Origin: Planctomycetota bacterium
Lineage (GTDB): Bacteria; Planctomycetota; B15-G4; JADJEK01
Direction of reading: 5' to 3'
Assembly: GCA_044225365.1 (NCBI GenBank)
Contig: JBGAIQ010000035.1
Location: 1-57,179 of the forward strand
Length of the DNA stretch: 57,179 bases
The position numbers and the translations under genes are program-made. The notes under the pieces are model-generated. The model did no database searches, was not told the DNA's origin, and worked only from the letters and a program-made list of their open reading frames with translations. The number at the start of each line of letters is the position of its first letter. The first letter of the stretch is position 1. Of the stretch, positions 20,137-29,585 are shown in pieces.

Positions 20137-22245
20137 TCAACCCGGTCCGGCGACGGCTTCGACCGCGTCCTCCGCTCCCCCGCGGATGAGCGGCACGGGC
20201 GATCTGGCCGGAAGGGCAGGATCGCGGAGCCGGCGTAGCACGCAGGTTCGTGCCGCCGCGAGCAGATCGGCGTCGCGCGGCAACCGCGCATACGTGAACG
20301 CCGTGAATCCGTGTTGCGCATCACCGAAGATCTCGCCGCAGCCGCGCTGGAGGAGATCCGCTTCGGCCACCTCGAAGCCCGACGGATGGCGCACGAGAGC
20401 GTCGAGGCGAGACGTGGCCAACTCACTCTGCGAGACCGACACGAGTACACAGCTACCGACCCGGCTCCCGCGACCCACCCGACCGCGAAGTTGATGCAGT
20501 TGCGCGAGGCCGAAGCGCTCTGCATCGAGGACCACCATGCACGTCGCAGCCGGCACGTCGATTCCGACCTCGATCAGGACCGTCGAGACGAGCACGACCA
20601 CTCGTCCCGAGCGAAACGACTCGAGGGCGAGGTCGTTGTCGGCCGGTGATCGTCGACCGTGCGCCACCGCGATCGCGAGGTGGGGAAGTGCGCGCTTCAG
20701 ATCGCTCGCGACTCGCGTCACCGCGGCAGCCTCCCGCTTGGATTCGCCGATCTGCGGACAGACGACGAAGACACGACCCTCCGCTTCCACCTCGGTGCGG
20801 ACGATGTCGACGACTGGCGCGAGATCGAAGGAGTCAGAAACCAGGACTCGTCGCGTCGTCACTCTCGCTCGTCCCTTCGGCACCTCCTCGATGACGGAGA
20901 CATCGAGGTCACCATAGAGCGCGAGCGTGAGCGTCCGCGGGATCGGAGTCGCCGTCATGACGAGGAGATCCGCCTCGCCGTGACGTCGCATCCGCGCGCG
21001 CTGCGAGACGCCGAACCGCTGCTGCTCGTCGATCACCGCGAGTCCGAACGACGGTGTCGCATCGACCCACGGGAGGAGTCGCATCGTCCCGACGACGATC
21101 GAGGGCCCCTCCACACGCAAGCGCTCGAGAATCGCCCGCTCGTCCTGAGCGGAAGTCCCGCCCGTGATCGCGTGGATCGAGACACCCGATCCCGCGAGCA
21201 GATCCCTTCCCGCCATCGCGTGCTGATTCGCGAGAACGGCCGTCGGCGCGAGCAACGCCGCGGAGCGGCCCTGCCGCACGCAAGCGAGCATCGCGAGCAA
21301 CGCGACCGCCGTCTTGCCCGAACCGACCTCACCGTGCAGCAGGCGATGCATCGGACGCGCACGCTCGAGATCGTCGAGGATCGCATCGAGGGCCGCGCGC
21401 TGACCCCGCGTCAACTCGAAGGGCAGGGAGGAAGCGAGCGTTTCCCGCTCGGAGGGTGACATCGCTTCGCGCACGCGACTCGTCGCCGCACTCGTCTCCC
21501 GCGCACGGAGCAGGGGGTAGAGCACAGCTGCGAATTCTTCGAACGCGAGTCGGCGGCGCGCACGTTCGAGATCCTCGCTCGAACGCGGCGAGTGCGCGAT
21601 GCGAATCGCTTCATGGAGGCATGGGAGAGATGGGAGAGCGGGGAGAGCGGGACCGCCGGCTTCGTCGCCCGTCCTCCAATCCTGGATCTCGTCCTCGACG
21701 CGACGCAGGATCTCCTGGATCCAGCGCCGATGGACCCGCGGCGGGATGCCGTCCGGCAGTTCGTACTCGCCGACGAGCGGATCGCGATCGAGGAGATCCT
21801 CCCCCGCCTGGAAGTGTGCGCCGTTCAGGGAACAGGGAGTCGCCGGCGCACGGTCGTCCCGCGTGATCCGGCCTTCGACTCGGATCGTCGCGCCGTGGCG
21901 CATCGCCGAAGGAACGCGCCGCATCTGGTAGAGCACCACTTCGATCCCATCCGTGGCATCGGCGACCAGGAGCCGCGCCGGCGATTTCCGACCCCGGCCC
22001 GACCGATAGGAACGAACGATTCCTTCGATCGCGACCGATCGCGACCCTGCGCTGCGCGCGCTCGCGATCGACTCGACGGGAAGCCGCGCTCGATGTCGCT
22101 TCGGCAGGAATCGCAAGAGCCCGCCGAGGTCAGACACCCCACGCTCGCGCCAGGTCGCCGCGCGAAGCGGGCCCATTCCCGGCAGCACTTCGAGCGGACT
22201 GTCGAGGCGCCATCCCGTCGACTCGCTCGCCTTCCCAACCCTCAC
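20137..22245 (-). CDS. recG: ATP-dependent DNA helicase RecG
   Basis: RRRLAFEE, LPFELTRGQ, PMHRLLHGEVGSGKT, IDEQQRFGV, MTATPIPRTL, DAERFGLAQLHQLRGRVGRG. Confidence 0.93.
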   Translation of the reverse strand: MRVGKASESTGWRLDSPLEVLPGMGPLRAATWRERGVSDLGGLLRFLPKRHRARLPVESIASARSAGSRSVAIEGIVRSYRSGRGRKSPARLLVADATDGIEVVLYQMRRVPSAMRHGATIRVEGRITRDDRAPATPCSLNGAHFQAGEDLLDRDPLVGEYELPDGIPPRVHRRWIQEILRRVEDEIQDWRTGDEAGGPALPALPSLPCLHEAIRIAHSPRSSEDLERARRRLAFEEFAAVLYPLLRARETSAATSRVREAMSPSERETLASSLPFELTRGQRAALDAILDDLERARPMHRLLHGEVGSGKTAVALLAMLACVRQGRSAALLAPTAVLANQHAMAGRDLLAGSGVSIHAITGGTSAQDERAILERLRVEGPSIVVGTMRLLPWVDATPSFGLAVIDEQQRFGVSQRARMRRHGEADLLVMTATPIPRTLTLALYGDLDVSVIEEVPKGRARVTTRRVLVSDSFDLAPVVDIVRTEVEAEGRVFVVCPQIGESKREAAAVTRVASDLKRALPHLAIAVAHGRRSPADNDLALESFRSGRVVVLVSTVLIEVGIDVPAATCMVVLDAERFGLAQLHQLRGRVGRGSRVGSCVLVSVSQSELATSRLDALVRHPSGFEVAEADLLQRGCGEIFGDAQHGFTAFTYARLPRDADLLAAARTCVLRRLRDPALPARSPVPLIRGGAEDAVEAVAGPG

Positions 22246-23624
22246 TTGAGGTATCCGAGCTCCCGCATCGCGTCGAGCTCCTGCGAGTTCAGGTCGACCT
22301 TGCTTCCACCGTTCCCGATCGCCGCCGCGCGGCGAGCCGCGGACGCCTTCACGGCTTCGAGCGCGCGCGACATCCGCTCGACGAGATCCGGATTCTTCGC
22401 GGCGATATCCGTCGTCTCGTGTGGATCCTTCGAACGATCGAAGAGGCGAAGGAGCGGCTTGTCCGGATCGAAGCGGTCGACGATCAGCTTGTAGTTGCCC
22501 GACGCGATCGCATCGAAGTTCGCTTCCTGACGGACTTCCGAGTAGCAGGGCGCGGGATCGAACGGTTCGCCACGCATCCGTGGAACGAGGCTGCGCCCTT
22601 CGATGTCGTCGCGCGCGGGGGCGCCGAGGAGTTCGAGACAGGTGGGCAGCACGTCGATCGATCGAACGAGGTCCTTCACGACGCCGCCCCCGTTCTCACC
22701 GGGCACGCGGATGGCGAGCGGGATGCGCATCAACTCCTCGTGCAGACTCTGTCCATGGCCATGGCCGCCATGCTCTCCGAACTCCTCGCCATGGTCGGAG
22801 ATGAACACGACGATCGTGTCCTCGGCGAACCGATAGAACTGGAGCGCGTCGAGAACGGCGCCCACGTAGTGATCGGTGAATCGGATCTCGCCGTCGTAGA
22901 GATCGCTCGGCGTCGACGTTCCGAAGGTGCCACTGATGCCCTTGTGCTCGATGTACTTCTCGTGGGGATCGAAGAAGTGCACCCACAGGAACCATGGAGT
23001 CGAACTCGACTTCGCGCTCTCGAAGAACTCGACCGCGCCCTGCGCGATCTCCGCCGAGGTCGATTGCTCGCCAAGCGGACGCGTTCGGCCGTGCGCGTCT
23101 TGCTCGAGCTTCAGCCGCACGTCGTCGAATCCCTGCGTGATCCCGTATTTCGGCTGGAGGAAGACCTGCGCAACGACGGCGCTCGTGCGGTACCCGCGGG
23201 CCTTCAGCATCTCCGCGAGCGTGGTGCGCGATTCGTCGAGTCGAGAGTTGAAACCGACGGCGCCGTGCGTCGAGGGATACAGCGAAGTCATCGTCGTCGC
23301 GAGCGACGGAATCGTCCACGATGCGTGCGCCTGCGCATCGTCGAAGCGCACGGCCGACTTCATGAACTCGTCGATGCGCGGCGAGGTGGGACGACCGTAG
23401 CCGTAGCCCGACAGGCGATCGGCACGCAGCGTGTCGACGGAGATCAGGAGCAGGTTCCGCCGCCGCGGCTCCTTGCCTCCATTGCATCCGAAGGATGCGA
23501 TGAGACCGAGCGCCAGCGCGGCGACGCGGAGTCCCCGCGATTCAAGTGACCTGGGCGGTCGCGGAGACTGGGAAGATCGGGCGTGAAGATCCCAGGACGT
23601 GCTGGCATTCGATTCGGATCGCAT
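22242..23624 (-). CDS. Sulfatase-like hydrolase/transferase (alkaline phosphatase superfamily), probable lipoprotein
   Basis: NLLLISVDTLRADRL, ASWTIPS, HFFDPH, YDGEI, SDHGEEF.EHG..GHG; lipobox-like IASFGC. Start uncertain. Confidence 0.88.
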   Translation of the reverse strand: MRSESNASTSWDLHARSSQSPRPPRSLESRGLRVAALALGLIASFGCNGGKEPRRRNLLLISVDTLRADRLSGYGYGRPTSPRIDEFMKSAVRFDDAQAHASWTIPSLATTMTSLYPSTHGAVGFNSRLDESRTTLAEMLKARGYRTSAVVAQVFLQPKYGITQGFDDVRLKLEQDAHGRTRPLGEQSTSAEIAQGAVEFFESAKSSSTPWFLWVHFFDPHEKYIEHKGISGTFGTSTPSDLYDGEIRFTDHYVGAVLDALQFYRFAEDTIVVFISDHGEEFGEHGGHGHGQSLHEELMRIPLAIRVPGENGGGVVKDLVRSIDVLPTCLELLGAPARDDIEGRSLVPRMRGEPFDPAPCYSEVRQEANFDAIASGNYKLIVDRFDPDKPLLRLFDRSKDPHETTDIAAKNPDLVERMSRALEAVKASAARRAAAIGNGGSKVDLNSQELDAMRELGYLK

Positions 23625-23699
23625 CCGAGTGAATCCTATCGCAGCGAGGGCGCGACGTGCAGCGCGTGATTTTCGATGCCGTGGTCTATGATCCGCGAA

Positions 23700-25049
23700 A
23701 TGCGGTACCTGTGGATCCTCGTTCTCCTCGCCGGCCTGCCGGGCACTTCCCGCGCGGGCGACAATTCGAAGGAAGTCGCGACGCTCGAGAAGAACTTCGA
23801 GAGCGCGCGGACCGACCTCGCGGCCGCCGAAGCGCGACTCGTCGATCGCTATGACGCGATCGAAGCCGCCTATCGCGCCGCCGGCGCCGACCTCCCTGCA
23901 TTGCGTGCAGCGCTCGTCGAGGGAATCCGCAGGGCAGCACCCGACCACTTCGAACGGCTGACGAAGGGCAAGAACGGCAAGACCCCGCCCCGCCCCATCC
24001 AGGTCCAGGTGGCGACCGAATGGCTCACGGCCGCAGTTGCGACCACGGCGATCGATCCCGTCCTGCGACAAGGATTCGCCGCCATGCTCGCCGAGCCGCT
24101 CGTCGCATCGCTCGAGGACTTCGCCGATCCGGTCCCCGAAGCACTGTCGCAGGCGGTCGAGGTCCAACTCGAGATCGCATTCGAGCCGGCTCGCGATTTC
24201 GCGCGCTTCTGGAACGATCGACTCTTCAAGCAAGTGCCGGAAGCGGTCGACTACGCCAAGGTCTATGCGAGTTACCTCGAGATCGGACAGAAGCTCGAAC
24301 GTGCGCGCTCGCCCGAGAAGTTCGACGCGAGCGGCCAACGACTGCCGCCCGGAATGGTGCTCGTGAAGGGTGGCAACTACGACGCCGGACCGGATCAGGG
24401 CTTCGCGCGCAAGGGCCTCGAGAAGCGCGCGATGAAGGTCTCGCTGAAGCCGTTCTTCATCGACCGCACCGAGGTGACGGTCGCCGACTACCTGAAGTAC
24501 ATGAAGACTCTGAAGCCCGAGGAGATGAAGGCGCACCTGCCTTCGACCTGGAAGATGCTAGGCGACAATTCGCTCGCGCCGCCTTCCGGCAAGGACGAAT
24601 GTCCCGTCGCGGGCGTCTCGTTCAACGATGCGTTTGCCTATGCAGCCTGGGCAGGTAAGCGACTGCCGACCGAGGAGGAGTGGGAAGCGGCCGCGCGCGG
24701 TCCGAAGGCATTTCGCTACCCCTGGGGCGAGAACTACGAGGCCGGACGAGCGAACGATCGCGAAGCCGCGAAGAACGACACGCTCCCCGTTGGGTCGGCG
24801 CCGACCGGCGCCTCGCCCTTCGGATGCCTCGATCTCGCCGGCAACGTCGAGGAATGGACGGCGACGAGTTCGGAGGGCGATCTGATCGAGGCGCCGTTGA
24901 CCTCGAGCCTCATCCAGGTCGTGATCCGCGGCGGCAACTACAACAGCAACAGCGAAACGGTCGCCGCGACGTTTCGGTGGTACTCGCCGGGCCTGACGAC
25001 GAAGAAGCCGACGCTCGGATTCCGTTGCGCGATGTCGGTGCCGAAGTGA
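23700..25049 (+). CDS. Exported protein with C-terminal FGE-sulfatase (SUMF1/EgtB/PvdO) domain
   Basis: Signal peptide; FFIDRTEVT, PVAGVSFNDA.AYA.WAGKRLPTEEEWE.AARG, DLAGNVEEW, RGG, GFRC. Confidence 0.88.
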   Translation: MRYLWILVLLAGLPGTSRAGDNSKEVATLEKNFESARTDLAAAEARLVDRYDAIEAAYRAAGADLPALRAALVEGIRRAAPDHFERLTKGKNGKTPPRPIQVQVATEWLTAAVATTAIDPVLRQGFAAMLAEPLVASLEDFADPVPEALSQAVEVQLEIAFEPARDFARFWNDRLFKQVPEAVDYAKVYASYLEIGQKLERARSPEKFDASGQRLPPGMVLVKGGNYDAGPDQGFARKGLEKRAMKVSLKPFFIDRTEVTVADYLKYMKTLKPEEMKAHLPSTWKMLGDNSLAPPSGKDECPVAGVSFNDAFAYAAWAGKRLPTEEEWEAAARGPKAFRYPWGENYEAGRANDREAAKNDTLPVGSAPTGASPFGCLDLAGNVEEWTATSSEGDLIEAPLTSSLIQVVIRGGNYNSNSETVAATFRWYSPGLTTKKPTLGFRCAMSVPK

Positions 25050-25243
25050 GCGACACGCCCTCCTCACGACCTCGACGCTCGCCGATCGCGTACCTACTCG
25101 CGACGACCTTGCTCGAACTCGCCGCGCTTCCCTGGCATGTCGTGAGCTTCCTCGTGCGCCGCGAGAGGATTCGCAGTTCGATCCGGAATGCGCTGCGCCC
25201 CGGGAACGCGAACGGTCGTGAATCGACGGAGTCGCGCGCTTGA
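25046..25243 (+). CDS. Small 65-aa hypothetical membrane peptide
   Basis: GTG overlaps the upstream stop (GTGA) and its own stop overlaps the vanZ-like start (TTGA); hydrophobic core IAYLLATTLLELAALPWHVVSFLV. Confidence 0.5.
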   Translation: MSDTPSSRPRRSPIAYLLATTLLELAALPWHVVSFLVRRERIRSSIRNALRPGNANGRESTESRA

Positions 25244-25833
25244 CGGATCGAACCCGCACGCGCCTCACCTCCTGGCTGATGTTCTTCGCGATGGTCGCGA
25301 GCATCGAATCGACGCTCGTCCTCGCGTTCAACATCTCATCGTTTCTGCGCGCGCGCGGCTTCTTGTGGCCCACGGTGAAATGCCTATTCGTGGGCGCGGC
25401 GTTCACCTTCTCGTATCTCCTCGCCTTCGGTGCGAGGCTCGTCTCGTTGCGCGTCCTCGTGCGCACGCTCCCTGCGATCGCTTGCTACGTGTATGCGATG
25501 GTCGAGATGCGAAAGTCGCCCGCCGAGCGCTTCCACTTCCTCGAGTACGGCATCCTCTATCTCCTGGCTCTGCGAGCCATCTCGATCGACGTGCCGAATC
25601 CCAACGCGTACCTCCTCGCGTGGGTCCCACCTACGCTCTCGGGCTACCTCGACGAGTGCCTGCAGGGCCTCACTCCGCAGCGCTACTTCGACTGGGGCGA
25701 CGTGCGCATGAACGCCGTCGCGGCCGCCTTCAGTGCGTTCATCTGCTTCTCGCTCTTCGGCCGCTACCCGCAACTCTCGCGCTTCCCCTTCCTCCTCGAA
25801 CCCAACGACGACGAAGCGGCGACGCAGACGTAG
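25240..25833 (+). CDS. VanZ family membrane protein
   Basis: HFLEYGIL...DECLQGLTPQRYFDWGDV..N signature. Confidence 0.8.
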   Translation: MTDRTRTRLTSWLMFFAMVASIESTLVLAFNISSFLRARGFLWPTVKCLFVGAAFTFSYLLAFGARLVSLRVLVRTLPAIACYVYAMVEMRKSPAERFHFLEYGILYLLALRAISIDVPNPNAYLLAWVPPTLSGYLDECLQGLTPQRYFDWGDVRMNAVAAAFSAFICFSLFGRYPQLSRFPFLLEPNDDEAATQT

Positions 25834-25902
25834 CGAAACGCACGCTGCACCGCGAGTCGTCCGATATACTCGAACCCTTCGCGTCCCTACGAGTCGAACC
25901 CA

Positions 25903-27042
25903 GTGCGCCCACGCAAGGTCCGCGTCCTTCACGACGGCAAGGAGTTCTACCTGCTCGATACCGGCAGGAACGAGCGCTCTCGCGTCCTGACCCTCATCAA
26001 GAAGTGCGACCGCGAACTGGCCGACGGCGCGCCGGTCGTCGTCACCGATCAGGGCGATTACGTTGCCGTCGCGCGCTGGCGCGGTGGAGAGATCGCGGTC
26101 GAGACCGGGAACGAGGAGTTGCGCGAACCCTTCGCCAAGATCGTCACGCGCTACCTCGACGAATTCCGCACCGGCCGCGCCCGAACCGGGATCACGCCGT
26201 GGTACTTCCTCTCGGTCGATCGCAAGGCGCTGTTCGGAGTGAGCAAGGCGCAGCCGTACGGGCTCGCGGTCGAGATCTACTCGGATGCGAAGACCGCGGC
26301 GCGCGCCGCGGCGACGCGACAGAGCATCGAAGGACGAACGATCACCGTCGAGGAGACAGGTGATCTCTCGGACTTCCTCGAGGCGCGCGCCGCCGAGGGA
26401 TTCGCCGGCGGCATCCTCGACGACCGCGATCCGATCTACTTCTGCGCGGACTCCGCGGGGAACCCGAAGTTCCTGAAGCTGACTCTCGATCCGGAGAGCG
26501 GAGAGATCGAGCACTTCCTCCTCGACGACCTCGGCAATTGGAAGCTCTACGAGGGCCAGGAAGAGATCGTCGCGGAGATCGAGATCGACCAGGACGCATT
26601 CGACGAGCACATGGTCGATCGTCTCGGCTCGACGCCGTTCCTCGGATATCACGAAGGGATCCGATTCCATCGCTTCGTGAGGAAGGAACCGGGCGCGGAT
26701 CCCAACGGCCTCGTCCTCGTCCATTGCGAAGAGGACGGCGAAGGCGACCTCGTGTGCCCGATCTTCCACGATCTCGAGCTCGCCGAAGCGTTTCGTGAGG
26801 AACACGTTCAGGAGCCCGTCGATCTCGTCCCGATCGACGATCTTGCGGGCTTCCTCGATGCCGCGCAGCGCGAAGGCCGCGCGGTTCGCGTCCAGCCCCA
26901 TGGTCATCGCGCGCGCGGTGGCGTGATGTGGACCAAGGACGGAACGATCTACCTCGAAAGCTTCTCGGGGATGTGGTCCTCGCGAGACGGCCACGATTTC
27001 TCGCTCCTTCCTCTCCCGGAGCCGGGTGGCGACGTGGAATGA
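25903..27042 (+). CDS. Hypothetical acidic protein with internal duplication
   Basis: Good codon usage; stop overlaps the next ATG; two similar V.I(Y/F).D...A...DL..FL.A...EG modules. Confidence 0.7.
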   Translation: MRPRKVRVLHDGKEFYLLDTGRNERSRVLTLIKKCDRELADGAPVVVTDQGDYVAVARWRGGEIAVETGNEELREPFAKIVTRYLDEFRTGRARTGITPWYFLSVDRKALFGVSKAQPYGLAVEIYSDAKTAARAAATRQSIEGRTITVEETGDLSDFLEARAAEGFAGGILDDRDPIYFCADSAGNPKFLKLTLDPESGEIEHFLLDDLGNWKLYEGQEEIVAEIEIDQDAFDEHMVDRLGSTPFLGYHEGIRFHRFVRKEPGADPNGLVLVHCEEDGEGDLVCPIFHDLELAEAFREEHVQEPVDLVPIDDLAGFLDAAQREGRAVRVQPHGHRARGGVMWTKDGTIYLESFSGMWSSRDGHDFSLLPLPEPGGDVE

Positions 27043-29585
27043 GTTCGCCGATCGATGGGTCCAGCACCGCCCGAAACGCCCGAAATGGCAGACTCGTCGT
27101 GGGGCTCCTGCTCCTCGTCATCGGCGTGGCGACGATGCGACGCTTCCTCGAGATCGACGCGCTCCCTAGCGATCGACTGCGCGGCGCCTGCAGCAATCGA
27201 GTCTCCGACGACTTGCTCGACGATTGGCAGCGAATCGATCAGGTGACCGACACGGAGGTCATCGAGTTCGGTTCGCAGAAGGGCCGCTCGCACTACCGCG
27301 AACCCGACCCGCGCGACCACGCGAATGCGACGGGGATCCTGTCGCGCGACTTCAAGAACGGTGTCGTCGCGGGACTTGCCTGTGGAACAGACGTCGCGAT
27401 CGGTTTCACTCATCTCCGCGAGGACGACCTCGTCGCAACGCTCGAGGCCGTCGGCCTCGACGATGGCAAGGGCCCGCAGACGATCGACGTGCGGATCGAT
27501 CCCGCCGCAACGGAAGCCTCGACGCCCACGGATCCGCCGATCGCGCATCTCGACGTCGCGGCGACGCAGACACCGACTCCGCTCGAGTTCACGATCCCTC
27601 GGGATCGACTGCGACGCGGCGTCAACTTCCTCCACCTTCGATTCGGCCGAACGCTCGTCCGGTCGTTCGAGGGCTTCCCCACCCCGCTGCCGTTCGCCGC
27701 AGCGCTCACTCGGCTCACCTTCGAGAAGAAAGGCGACGAGAGCGGTCCGAACAAGCACCCGGTCGCGCAATCCGTCCTGAAGGTCGAGGACGTGGCCGGC
27801 GTCGGCGGTGGCCCGCCGCGAAAGGCCCTGGTCTTCCGTGAAGGCGAGAAGATCGTGTTCCCGGTGCACCTCGAGGACGGCAGTCCCCGCTTCGTGGGAT
27901 CCCTCTTCGTCCATCCCGACGATTCGGCGGCCAGCCGCAGTCCGAAGGTCACGGCACGGCTGCGAGCGCAGAGCGACGGGAGGCTCCTCATCGCGAAGAC
28001 CGAACTCGATGCCACGCCCGGGAACCCGCGCGACCGGCGCTCCCTCGACATCGACGCCGACCTCTCGACGTTTGCCACGTCTGTCGCGCTGATCGAGATC
28101 GACGTCGATCCGGCGCCGGGTGGCGCGCGACCGTTGCGCCTCGCGCTCGCGACGCCGACCATTCGCGGCGGCAGAGAGCCACCGCACGAGAATCAGCCGG
28201 AGAAGGCGAATCTCCACGGCCTGCTCGATCGACTCTCGAAGAGCAACGTAGTGATGATCCTGCTCGACGCCGCGGGTGCGAGACATTTCAGTGCCTACGG
28301 TGCGCAGAAGGAATTCGCGCCCCGAATCGACACGATCGCGCGCGACGGTCTGGTATTCGAGAGAACGACGACTCCAGCGTCGTACACGCTGCCCGCGATC
28401 GGTTCGTTGTTCACCGGCCAATATCCGTTCCGCCACGGCGTCACCGAGAGCGGCGGCGAAACCGAGAAGCGCAAGCTCAAGAAGGACACTGCGACCCTCG
28501 CGTCGCGCCTCGCGGAATCCGGCTACCACACGCTCGCGCTGATCTCGAATCCTAACGCCGGGCCGGAACCCGGGTACGACAAGGGCTTCTCGATCTACGA
28601 TCGCCTCTACGCCGATCCCTCGCTGTGGAACGAAGGCGTGCGACCCGAAGACCTGAACGCGGCGCTCGAGCGTCATCTCGCCGCCGGCGACCTGACGCCT
28701 CCCTTCTTCCTCTACGCCCACTTCTTCCCGCCGCACGCCCCGTATCGCGCTCCGTCCGAGCACCGCAAGACGATCGTCTCCGAGGGCTACACCGGGAAGG
28801 CGGACGGGACGCGCGAGTCGATCGATCGCCATCGCCGCGATGGCGAGAAGTACGCGACAGAGGACTTCCAGCAACTGCGCGATCTCTACGACGCGAATCT
28901 CCATTACGCCGACGCCGAGACGGGCCGCCTCCTCGACACGCTCGATGCCGCTCACCTCCTCGAGAACACGATCGTCGTGATCCTCGGCGATCACGGCGAA
29001 GCGTTCGGCGAGCACGACAACCTCGAGCACGGCGACACCACGTTCGGAGAAGAGATCGAAGTCCCGTGGATCATGAAGTTGCCGGCGAGCACGCAATGGG
29101 GAGCAGCGCGAGTGCCGGGGCCCGCGAGCCTCGTCGACGTCGCGCCGACGCTGCTCACGTTGCTCGGGATCGAGTCGGTGGCGAGCGACTTCGACGGGAA
29201 GAGTCTCGTGAATCGTCTCTTCCAGCGATGGATCGCGATCGAGCCCGAGGAGCGTCCGCTGCTGTCGCGCTCGGTCGGATTCGAGCCGCGCTACGCGATT
29301 CGGATGCTCGGATTCGCGTACCACGAGGATCTGTACACACGGCAACGCTGGCTGTTCGACCTCGAAGCCGACCCGCTCGAGCGACACCCGCTTCCGATCG
29401 CCGACTCGCCGCTCGCCGAGTACCTCCGCCTGCAGCTCTGTCGCTTCTTGTGCAATCGGACGGAGAGCGGCGAGCGATTCACGCTCACGCCGGAGGAGAT
29501 CCAGCAGCGCGCCCAGATCGGCTACACCGGCGGAGGCGCGCAGGGCGCCGGCCTGACGGATCACTGTCCGTTGCTACGTCGCTGA
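27039..29585 (+). CDS. Membrane-anchored sulfatase-like hydrolase/transferase with N-terminal beta-sandwich-like region
   Basis: NVVMILLDAAGA.H, PASYTLPA, HFFPPH.PY, LYDANL, GDHGEAFGEH..LEHG. Confidence 0.85.
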   Translation: MSSPIDGSSTARNARNGRLVVGLLLLVIGVATMRRFLEIDALPSDRLRGACSNRVSDDLLDDWQRIDQVTDTEVIEFGSQKGRSHYREPDPRDHANATGILSRDFKNGVVAGLACGTDVAIGFTHLREDDLVATLEAVGLDDGKGPQTIDVRIDPAATEASTPTDPPIAHLDVAATQTPTPLEFTIPRDRLRRGVNFLHLRFGRTLVRSFEGFPTPLPFAAALTRLTFEKKGDESGPNKHPVAQSVLKVEDVAGVGGGPPRKALVFREGEKIVFPVHLEDGSPRFVGSLFVHPDDSAASRSPKVTARLRAQSDGRLLIAKTELDATPGNPRDRRSLDIDADLSTFATSVALIEIDVDPAPGGARPLRLALATPTIRGGREPPHENQPEKANLHGLLDRLSKSNVVMILLDAAGARHFSAYGAQKEFAPRIDTIARDGLVFERTTTPASYTLPAIGSLFTGQYPFRHGVTESGGETEKRKLKKDTATLASRLAESGYHTLALISNPNAGPEPGYDKGFSIYDRLYADPSLWNEGVRPEDLNAALERHLAAGDLTPPFFLYAHFFPPHAPYRAPSEHRKTIVSEGYTGKADGTRESIDRHRRDGEKYATEDFQQLRDLYDANLHYADAETGRLLDTLDAAHLLENTIVVILGDHGEAFGEHDNLEHGDTTFGEEIEVPWIMKLPASTQWGAARVPGPASLVDVAPTLLTLLGIESVASDFDGKSLVNRLFQRWIAIEPEERPLLSRSVGFEPRYAIRMLGFAYHEDLYTRQRWLFDLEADPLERHPLPIADSPLAEYLRLQLCRFLCNRTESGERFTLTPEEIQQRAQIGYTGGGAQGAGLTDHCPLLRR

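Noticed and set aside
26949-29564. 871-aa antisense ORF, and similar ones at 47537-50011 and 49678-51345
   Set aside because: Mirror-frame shadows of well-supported genes with no recognisable motifs.
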